From: an uncultured Candidatus Saccharibacteria bacterium
GTDB lineage: Bacteria > Patescibacteriota > Minisyncoccia > UBA6257 > 1-14-0-10-44-23
Reading direction: 5' to 3'
NCBI GenBank assembly: GCA_964523595.1
Contig: CAZFZO010000001.1
Span: forward strand, 5,633-38,200
Length of the DNA stretch: 32,568 nt
Of the stretch, positions 25,344-32,157 are shown piece by piece. Numbering within the stretch: the first letter of the stretch is position 1; each line of letters starts with the position of its first letter. Both the position numbers and the translations under genes were made by a program. Below the pieces are notes generated by a model that worked only from the letters and a program-made list of their open reading frames with translations, was not told the origin of the DNA and did not search any database.

Positions 25344-26012
25344 ATGGGAAAAGAAAGCTGCATTTACTGCCAAAAAAATAAAGCTACAAGTCGCGATCAT
25401 GTAATCTCAAAGGGCTTATTCCCTGATAATTATAAAATTAAAAACCCAATAACAGTTCCAGCTTGTCAGGATTGTAACCAAGGGTTTTCTCTTAATGAAG
25501 AGTACTTTAGAACGTTCCTATCCAACTTCCACGAAAATTCTCCAGAGGCAAAAAGTTTATTTGATTCAAAAGTCACTAGATCTTTAAAAAGAAGTCCAAA
25601 GTTAGTTAATAAAATTGCCGAGAGAATGGAATTAGTCCACGCCTACACAAAAGAAAAGGAGTATATTGGCATTAAAACAAAAATCTCCATTACTCCGGAA
25701 GACTGGGAAAGACATTTTAAAGTTCTAGATAAATACGTTAAAGGTCTTTTTTACCACGAATTTAAGCAGCCACTGCCTCCTGACTATCAAATAAGACATA
25801 AGTGGGGAGATAAAGAGAAATTTCATAAAGCTTTTGCCCCAAATATTCTAAAATGGAACAGGGATAATGAAAAAATATTGCTATATGGCTACAACTATGT
25901 CCCCGAAACTATGCAATCCATATGGTCACTCGTCTTCTTTAACACAATCTGCTTTCAAAGTTTTGCATTAAAATTCGAGGATTTTAAAAGAATAGATAAA
26001 ACAAAAAACTAA
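25344..26012 (+). CDS. HNH-like (beta-beta-alpha-metal) nuclease N-terminal motif fused to an unknown domain, low G+C
   Basis: CIYCQKNKATSRDHVISKGLF...ITVPACQDCN resembles the CxxC...(D/E)H...CxxCN layout of HNH_5-type nucleases. The remaining roughly 170 aa are unrecognised. Confidence 0.5.
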   Translation: MGKESCIYCQKNKATSRDHVISKGLFPDNYKIKNPITVPACQDCNQGFSLNEEYFRTFLSNFHENSPEAKSLFDSKVTRSLKRSPKLVNKIAERMELVHAYTKEKEYIGIKTKISITPEDWERHFKVLDKYVKGLFYHEFKQPLPPDYQIRHKWGDKEKFHKAFAPNILKWNRDNEKILLYGYNYVPETMQSIWSLVFFNTICFQSFALKFEDFKRIDKTKN

Positions 26013-26015
26013 TAC

Positions 26016-26040
26016 AAAACCGCCTTTTCGGGCGGTTTTG
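26016..26040. terminator. Bidirectional rho-independent terminator between the HNH-like gene and rplU
   Basis: AAAACCGCC-TTTTCG-GGCGGTTTT. Confidence 0.7.
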
Positions 26041-26048
26041 CTAAGTTC

Positions 26049-26357
26049 TTATTTAATCGCAGTGATCTCTACCTCGGTGAAAGGCTGGCGGTGACCGTTT
26101 TTCTTGCGGCGGCGGGTCTTGCTGTGATATTTAAACACGATCAACTTGTCAGCGCGTCCTTGAGCGAGTACTTTCGCCTCAACCTTTGCACCAGCAACAA
26201 GTGGCTTACCAAGGTTCACCTTCTCACCATCTACGGTAAGAAGCACCTTGTCGAACACAACATTGCCGTTTACTTCGGCCTCTAACTTCTCAACTTTTAA
26301 CTTGTTTCCGGCAGCAACGCGATACTGCTTTCCGCCGGTTTCAATTACAGCAAACAT
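26049..26357 (-). CDS. rplU: 50S ribosomal protein L21
   Basis: MFAVIETGGKQYRV... is the canonical L21 N-terminus, and the size is right. Confidence 0.93.
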   Translation of the reverse strand: MFAVIETGGKQYRVAAGNKLKVEKLEAEVNGNVVFDKVLLTVDGEKVNLGKPLVAGAKVEAKVLAQGRADKLIVFKYHSKTRRRKKNGHRQPFTEVEITAIK

Positions 26358-26362
26358 ATAAA

Positions 26363-26683
26363 TTAGTTATTGACGATAATAACAAAGGTCGCGATAAAAA
26401 GCAAGAGTGCGAGCAGGACGCTAAAAAAAGCTACGATTACCGACAAAAAATGCTCCCGCTTGTTGAGATACCAGGCGACAAACCCATTAGCCAACAGTAC
26501 CCCAAATCCCGTAAAAATAATCCCAAATACATCCATCGAACTCCCTAAAAAATCCACCCCTTGTCGTGGGCTAAAATGAATCGCCAAGAGTGCATCAACG
26601 CCCGCAAACTTCACATACGCAAATGACATCGCGACAATGAGCAATAAAAAGCCAAATCCAAATGTGTACGCGATAAGCTTCAT
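26363..26683 (-). CDS. Small integral membrane protein (106 aa, 3-4 TM)
   Basis: Almost entirely hydrophobic, with a 1-nt gap to the HIT gene and a 5-nt gap to rplU. Confidence 0.6.
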   Translation of the reverse strand: MKLIAYTFGFGFLLLIVAMSFAYVKFAGVDALLAIHFSPRQGVDFLGSSMDVFGIIFTGFGVLLANGFVAWYLNKREHFLSVIVAFFSVLLALLLFIATFVIIVNN

Positions 26684-26684
26684 A

Positions 26685-27086
26685 TTATCCAGTAATCTTA
26701 CGCAAAATCATCTGATACTCCTCTGTCGACGGCTCAACCAGCGTCCCATCAAGGTGCACTTTCGAGGTAATGTCAGTACGTTCTTCGATAGGCACAACGT
26801 GCACGTGCGCGTGTGGCACATCCCAGCCAGCGATAATCAGTCCCACTCGTTTTGGCTTAAGTTTCGCCTTCAAAAGCTTCGCAGTCTTATGCACAGTTAA
26901 CATCATCGCTTGATACGTCTCGGTATCGAGTTCATCAAAGTCAGGATTGTGCTTTTTCGGAATAACCAGCGTATGCCCCGGACGAATCGGCCCCTTAGTT
27001 AAAAAAGCCATTGTCTGCTCATCTTCTGACACCTTAAACGCCGGAATCTCTCCCTTTACGATCTTACAAAAAATACAAGTATCCAT
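26685..27086 (-). CDS. HIT-family (histidine triad) hydrolase
   Basis: CIFCKIVKGEIP N-terminus and the HAHVHVVP histidine triad. Confidence 0.9.
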   Translation of the reverse strand: MDTCIFCKIVKGEIPAFKVSEDEQTMAFLTKGPIRPGHTLVIPKKHNPDFDELDTETYQAMMLTVHKTAKLLKAKLKPKRVGLIIAGWDVPHAHVHVVPIEERTDITSKVHLDGTLVEPSTEEYQMILRKITG

Positions 27087-27304
27087 AGCTAAAATGGTAG
27101 CACAATTTATATAGAATTATCTATTCAACTAAATAGGTGCAATGTATAGTTCAAGATTTTTTGCCAAGCGCAAGGCGCCAAGCCGAAGTTGTAAGACAAC
27201 ATCGAAATAGATAGCGGAGGATTTTCATAGCGGTACGAGGCGCAAGGGCGAAGCTGTACATAAGCAACAGCGTACTGCGAGCCTGCAGCAACAAAGTACC
27301 GCCG

Positions 27305-27336
27305 TAAAAAAACCCGCTAAGTGCGCTGCTTAAGGG
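27305..27336 (-). terminator. Weak terminator-like hairpin plus U7 tract after the duplicated tRNA 3' fragment
   Basis: CCCGCTAAG (27313-27321) pairs with CTTAAGGG (27329-27336) as 4 + 3 bp with an internal loop. The A7 run at 27306-27312 gives U7 on the minus strand. Confidence 0.35.
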
Positions 27337-27350
27337 AATCGAACCCTTGT
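27322..27350 (-). pseudogene. Orphan tRNA-Glu 3' fragment (variable loop end, T arm, acceptor 3' strand, discriminator +2)
   Basis: 29/29 identical to 27713-27741 (tgcgctgcttaagggaatcgaacccttgt on the plus strand). No matching 5' acceptor strand GCTGCTT anywhere in 27351-27712. Confidence 0.85.
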
Positions 27351-27683
27351 CGACCAGTATCCCGACGGTAGCTCTTGCGGCGTTGCAAGCCTGTCGCGCA
27401 CAGGACAAGGAACGCGAAGTGAAAATATCGGAAATATATGAACGACAAGCGACACAGTAATGTGCGCGACAGGCAGCAACCTCCGGACACGATTCCGTGA
27501 GGCAAACTGCTGCGTTGCTCGCACTCAACATATCACCGATATATTCTCGCGCTCGCGCCTTGCATTTCGCCTCACGGAAAGTGTCGCCGCGGAGATTACC
27601 GTCAGGACACTGGTCCTGCCGGAGAGGGCTAGCCCTCTCACGGCGCAAACAAAGACGCGAATACTCCTAGCCAGCACAAAATC
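27351..27683 (-). ncRNA. Candidate structured RNA / element remnant between the tRNA-Glu repeats (strand and ends uncertain)
   Basis: G+C-rich and non-coding-looking. Perfect long-range complements are 27389-27402/27461-27474 (14 bp) and 27493-27503/27569-27579 (11 bp). An 18-nt palindrome lies at 27622-27639, a hairpin at 27603-27618 and a hairpin at 27374-27389. The segment is bracketed by two terminator-like hairpins. Confidence 0.3.
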
Positions 27684-27708
27684 AAAAATGGGACTTTGTC
27701 CCATTTTT
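27676..27708 (-). terminator. Rho-independent terminator directly after tRNA-Glu (perfectly symmetrical)
   Basis: AAAAATGGGAC-TTT-GTCCCATTTTT (27684-27708). On the minus strand the stem is followed by TTTTTGATTTTG. Confidence 0.7.
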
Positions 27709-27714
27709 GACATG

Positions 27715-27786
27715 CGCTGCTTAAGGGAATCGAACCCTTGTTTGCGCCGTGAGAGGGCGCCGTCCTAGCCACTAGACGAAAGCAGC
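27715..27786 (-). tRNA. tRNA-Glu (anticodon CTC)
   Basis: Hand fold of the minus strand: GCTGCTT-TC-GTCT-AGTGGCTA-GGAC-G-GCGCC-CTCTCAC-GGCGC-AAAC-AAGGG-TTCGATT-CCCTT-AAGCAGC-G. All stems are Watson-Crick or G-U. No encoded CCA. Confidence 0.9.
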
Positions 27787-27797
27787 AAACAAAACTC

Positions 27798-29117
27798 CTA
27801 AGCTGACTTTTCCGCTCGCACAGTCAGCCCCTCAACCACGGTTTTAAGTCCCACCGCCTTAGAGGCTTTAATTAAAACTAAATCTCCCGATTTTATCAAG
27901 CTCAAGCAAGCAACTAGCGCATCTTCCGCACTCTTACACACAATCACCGACTTCGCAGGCATCTTCGCCTTTTTCGCCGCCTCCGCCACAACTCCCGCAT
28001 AATCTCCAACCACAACGAGCACGTCTAATGAGCGCGCAGCCAACCGACCAAGCTGTTCGTGTGCCATCTGACTAAACTTTCCCAGCTCACGCATATCTCC
28101 GAGTACACCAATCTTCCGTTTCGCCTTAAGCTCGCTTACCGCCTCGAGCGCATTACCCATCGAAAGTGGCGAAGCGTTATACGCGTCATCAAAAAGAAGC
28201 GACTCGTTAATACCCGCAACAAATTTAAATCGATGAGCTGGTGGCTGATAATACGCAAGCGCATCCGCAATCTTTACCAAATTCATACCGCAGCTAAGCC
28301 CAACCGCTGCTGCAGCCGCACACGCGTACGCCTGGGCTCTGCCAAGAGTTCCCGAAATACGTACTGGCGCAAACGCCCCGTTATACGAAAGCTTAAACGT
28401 CACGCCGATCGGACGCGGGAAACGAATCCCCTTACCCGACTCAACTTTTGTCTCAAAATTATCAACGCGCACCTGCGCCCCCTCGCCAAAACCAAAGGTA
28501 ATCGTCTTCGCACGTGTCTTATCCTTCATTGAAAATACTCGCTCATCATCAGAATTAAGAACCGCGCTGCCGCTGACTAAAAGCGCCTCAAGAAGCCGCC
28601 CTTTTTCAATCGCAACCGCATCTGGCCCATCATAATACTCAACATGAACTGGCATATCGCCAACCGCCGTAACCACGCCGATTTGCGGACGAGCGATCTG
28701 CGTTAAATATTTAATGTCTCCCGGACGATCAGCGCCATACTCAAGAATAAGAAACTCTGGATATGCTTTTGCTGAACCAAACAATAAGCGTGTCGCGCTT
28801 ACTAAAATCACCTTGAGCCAAAAAAACGCCTTGGCCACGACCCTCCCGCCCGGTGCCGCGTCACGACTGATTAAGCGCAAATCTTCCTCACGCCACTCAC
28901 CTAAAATGGCCAACGGAAATCCAACTTCGCTGTTGTGACTATCAGCTGATGCCCGCACTCGAAACGCACTCGAAAGAACCGATTTAATCGCAAACTTGGT
29001 CGAAGTTTTCCCCACACTTCCCGTAACGCCAATCACCACTGGCTTAAACTTAGCCAGCGTCGCCTTCGAGAGTACGCGTAAAATCGACTCGAGAGTTTTG
29101 CGAACAAATACACGCAT
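27798..29117 (-). CDS. murF: UDP-N-acetylmuramoyl-tripeptide--D-alanyl-D-alanine ligase MurF
   Basis: VIGVTGSVGKTSTK P-loop, DDAYNASP motif, and position after ftsI in the dcw cluster. Confidence 0.9.
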   Translation of the reverse strand: MRVFVRKTLESILRVLSKATLAKFKPVVIGVTGSVGKTSTKFAIKSVLSSAFRVRASADSHNSEVGFPLAILGEWREEDLRLISRDAAPGGRVVAKAFFWLKVILVSATRLLFGSAKAYPEFLILEYGADRPGDIKYLTQIARPQIGVVTAVGDMPVHVEYYDGPDAVAIEKGRLLEALLVSGSAVLNSDDERVFSMKDKTRAKTITFGFGEGAQVRVDNFETKVESGKGIRFPRPIGVTFKLSYNGAFAPVRISGTLGRAQAYACAAAAAVGLSCGMNLVKIADALAYYQPPAHRFKFVAGINESLLFDDAYNASPLSMGNALEAVSELKAKRKIGVLGDMRELGKFSQMAHEQLGRLAARSLDVLVVVGDYAGVVAEAAKKAKMPAKSVIVCKSAEDALVACLSLIKSGDLVLIKASKAVGLKTVVEGLTVRAEKSA

Positions 29118-29125
29118 AAAGTAGG

Positions 29126-30760
29126 TTAGTGTGATGGAGCCACATTGTAATAGTTCAACAAGAACTGCGCAAGGTCGTGAAATGCCGGCACAACGGTCTG
29201 TCCGGCCAGCGTCGCCCCCTCTGGCTTATCAATACGGAGTAAGATGGTAAACTTCGGATCGTACGCTGGAGCAAACCCTACGTACGTGTTGATAAGACCA
29301 TCTTCGAAATCAATATACCCTCCCTTCACAAAGTCAGGGATCTGCGCCGTACCCGTCTTACCAGCGACATCATACTGCGGAATGTCAGCTACTTTCGCTT
29401 TCTTAACTGCCGAAACCATCATACCAACAGTCTGCTCGGCCGCTTCAGCGCTAATAACTCTTCGCTCCACATCAGATCGCGATCGCTCATTCACATACGG
29501 CGTAACCATCACGCCGTGATTTGCGATCGCTGAAATTGCAGAGATTAAACGAATCGGCGTAACCGAAACACCCTGACCAAACGAAGCAGTAGCGAAGTTA
29601 ATATCCTGCTTATTCTTCTCGAGTGGAGTAAGTTTGCCAACCGTCTCACCTGGTAAATCGATACCCGTCGCCTCTTTAAAACCAAACTTCACCAGATAAT
29701 CATAAAACGTATCGCGTCCAATTAACTTTTGCGCATACGCAGCACCTGTGTTTACCGACTGCTCAATTACTTCAGTCATCGTAATATTGCCGTGCGCCTT
29801 ATGATCCCAGTTACGAATAACCTTACCGTTCAACTTAAGCTCACCCGTATCATTGAATGAGGTTTGTGGAGTAATCTTACCAGCATCAAGACCAATCGCC
29901 ATAGTGATTACCTTAAAAATCGAACCAGGCTCATACACCGCCTGTACCATCGGATTGAGAAAATGAGAGATAGACGACTTACCGTACTCATTTGGATCAA
30001 ATCCAGGAGCGGCCGCCATCGCCAAAATCTTGCCCGTACTCGGTTCTTGCACAATCACCATACCCGAAATTGGCTTATACGTTTTCATCAAGGTATCTAA
30101 AACCTCCTCGCTATGCGCCTGCACGTTACGATCAATCGTGGTGTATATATCTTGCCCATCAACCGGCAAGGTCAACTTACCATCAGTAAACGATCCAGCA
30201 CGACCCACGAGCAAATCTTGGTAGTAAGACTCTAACCCATACTTACCCTTAACAGTTTGATCATCTTCGCTCTGTGAGGTGAATCCAAGAACGTGAGCAG
30301 CTAACCCACCAAACGGATAAAATCGATCATCGGCAGTATCGATATACACACCCTTAACATGAGCGTCCGAAATCATTTGCGCCTGCTCAGTAGTAGCTCG
30401 CTGGACTAAGCGCTCATACAAATCGTTAGGTTTACTAAGAATCTTCGTGAGTTGATCAACTGGGATATTAACGATCGGACTCAAAATACCACTCGCCTCT
30501 TGCGCATCAACAATCTCCTTAGGAACCGCATAAATAACCGAAGCTTCATGATTAATGGCTACTGGAATTTGACTCCCATTTTTATCAGTAAAATAAATTG
30601 TGCCACGCGCCGGCTCTAAAAACCCAGCGCTAATATTCTGCGCGCTGACCCGTTGAGTATAATACGCACCCTTTTCAATCTGCAGATTGTAAACGTTAAA
30701 TCCAATGAAAAGAAATGCGAGCGTAAAAACGCCAATAAGAAGTGGTAAGCGAAGTCTCAT
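29126..30760 (-). CDS. ftsI: Class B penicillin-binding protein (FtsI/PBP2-type transpeptidase)
   Basis: N-terminal TM segment, SIFK (SxxK), SVN (SxN) and KTGT motifs, in dcw context. Confidence 0.88.
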   Translation of the reverse strand: MRLRLPLLIGVFTLAFLFIGFNVYNLQIEKGAYYTQRVSAQNISAGFLEPARGTIYFTDKNGSQIPVAINHEASVIYAVPKEIVDAQEASGILSPIVNIPVDQLTKILSKPNDLYERLVQRATTEQAQMISDAHVKGVYIDTADDRFYPFGGLAAHVLGFTSQSEDDQTVKGKYGLESYYQDLLVGRAGSFTDGKLTLPVDGQDIYTTIDRNVQAHSEEVLDTLMKTYKPISGMVIVQEPSTGKILAMAAAPGFDPNEYGKSSISHFLNPMVQAVYEPGSIFKVITMAIGLDAGKITPQTSFNDTGELKLNGKVIRNWDHKAHGNITMTEVIEQSVNTGAAYAQKLIGRDTFYDYLVKFGFKEATGIDLPGETVGKLTPLEKNKQDINFATASFGQGVSVTPIRLISAISAIANHGVMVTPYVNERSRSDVERRVISAEAAEQTVGMMVSAVKKAKVADIPQYDVAGKTGTAQIPDFVKGGYIDFEDGLINTYVGFAPAYDPKFTILLRIDKPEGATLAGQTVVPAFHDLAQFLLNYYNVAPSH

Positions 30761-30768
30761 CTGAAAAA

Positions 30769-31101
30769 TTAACGATAGTCAAAAGCGGTTTGAGCGTTTG
30801 CAGAAGCAGCAGAAACAGTTAAAGACAAGTAGCTTGGCTTGGTTTCCTTTACGAGCCCAAGACGTGAAGCAACAGAGACAAGTTGCTTAGAATCGAGAAG
30901 TCCGTACACCTCATTCTTCAGGTTGGCATTTTGCACCTTCAATTTTTCAAAAGCCCCCGTCGTTTCAACGACGTGACGACGCAAAAGCACCGTGTTGTTG
31001 TACGCGTACACACTCACGAGCGCAACAGCGATAATACCAGCAACGATAAGACGCAATACGCAAGCGGCCTGACGATCTCGATTTGGTTGTGCGATAGTCA
31101 T
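30769..31101 (-). CDS. ftsL: FtsL-like small bitopic cell-division protein
   Basis: 110 aa with a single TM segment and a short coiled-coil-like segment. Lies between rsmH and ftsI. Assigned by position and architecture only. Confidence 0.55.
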   Translation of the reverse strand: MTIAQPNRDRQAACVLRLIVAGIIAVALVSVYAYNNTVLLRRHVVETTGAFEKLKVQNANLKNEVYGLLDSKQLVSVASRLGLVKETKPSYLSLTVSAASANAQTAFDYR

Positions 31102-31104
31102 AGA

Positions 31105-32067
31105 TTAATTCACGATTACAGCGCGAAGCTTTGCAGAACGAGCTCGCGGATTGCTTACTAACTCTGCTTCAGTAGCCGTAATCGGCTTTTTTGTAATAAG
31201 AGAGAACTGTTCGACCTTTGACGCTGACTGATCACTCCCCTCTGATTCCTCCCCAGGAATATGAGCCGGAAGAGACTGATCAAGGAACACACCATCTTTG
31301 AAATAATGCTTTACTATTCTGTCTTCAAGAGAATGAAACGTAATAACTGCGACGCGCCCACCAGGTTTCACGATTTGCGGAAGCGAAACAAGAAGCTCTT
31401 TGAGCTGCTCAAGCTCACGGTTAACGTAAATGCGTAGCGCCTGAAACGTACGAGTGGCTGGATGAATCCTTCCATGCTCATACCCTTTCGGCAGCACCTC
31501 TTTAATAACACGTGCGAGCTGACCACTAGTCGTTATTGGATTTTGCTTTTGCACAGCATCAATCGCTTTGGCGATTTTATATGCATAACGCTCATCACCA
31601 TACTCAGTGATAATCCTTGTCAGCTCCTCAACGGAAAGCGTTGGCAGTACATCGCGGAGCGGAGTTACCGCATCGTCATACGTCATGATAAGTGGCTCAT
31701 CACGCATGAAGCTAAACCCCCTACCAACAAACGCTCCATCGATCTGCTCTGATGAAAAACCAAGATCAACCAAAAGCGCATCCGCCTTAGGAAGTGACTC
31801 TCGCACGAGAAGCTGCGATAGATTTGCATAAGAGGTTGAAAAGACTTGCGCATACTTCAACGCACCAGCAAACTGATCGCGCTTACTGCTAAACTCATTC
31901 ACCGCCCGCTGATCTCGATCAACACCAAGGAACATACCGTTGGGCACAATACGCTCGATAAGCGCCCGTGCGTGCCCACCCGCGCCAAGAGTTCCATCGA
32001 TAACAAAATCTCCTGGAGCAACCTTGAGTACATCGATCACCTCTTGTAAAAGAACTGGTATATGCAT
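31105..32067 (-). CDS. rsmH: 16S rRNA (cytosine1402-N4)-methyltransferase RsmH (MraW)
   Basis: HIPVLLQEVIDVL, DGTLGAGGHA and ITFHSLEDRIVK signatures. Confidence 0.95.
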   Translation of the reverse strand: MHIPVLLQEVIDVLKVAPGDFVIDGTLGAGGHARALIERIVPNGMFLGVDRDQRAVNEFSSKRDQFAGALKYAQVFSTSYANLSQLLVRESLPKADALLVDLGFSSEQIDGAFVGRGFSFMRDEPLIMTYDDAVTPLRDVLPTLSVEELTRIITEYGDERYAYKIAKAIDAVQKQNPITTSGQLARVIKEVLPKGYEHGRIHPATRTFQALRIYVNRELEQLKELLVSLPQIVKPGGRVAVITFHSLEDRIVKHYFKDGVFLDQSLPAHIPGEESEGSDQSASKVEQFSLITKKPITATEAELVSNPRARSAKLRAVIVN

Positions 32068-32157
32068 ACAAAAACCTATCGTTAGTTAATTAACATGGTT
32101 AATTGGTGTGTTAGGTAATCAACGTGCTGCTAATTAACTAATTCACCAATCAACCGA

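Noticed and set aside
27151-27648. 165-aa minus-strand ORF, plus the 62-, 64-, 62- and 102-aa ORFs in the same interval.
   Set aside because: They read straight through the orphan tRNA fragment, a U7 tract and long perfect hairpins. Their products are Cys/Arg/Ala-rich with no motif or sensible start context. The open frames are most simply a by-product of G+C-rich structured DNA.
27305-27683. tmRNA (ssrA) interpretation of the ~370-nt unit with a tRNA-like 3' end.
   Set aside because: The closing helix has U-G and not the G3-U70 alanine identity pair. The 5' end does not start GGGG. I found no tag-like reading frame ending in ...ALAA or LAA before a stop. The 3' module is an exact copy of tRNA-Glu and not Ala-like. 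I also looked for RNase P (GAGGAAAGTCC) and SRP (GGAAGCAGC-type) cores and did not see them.
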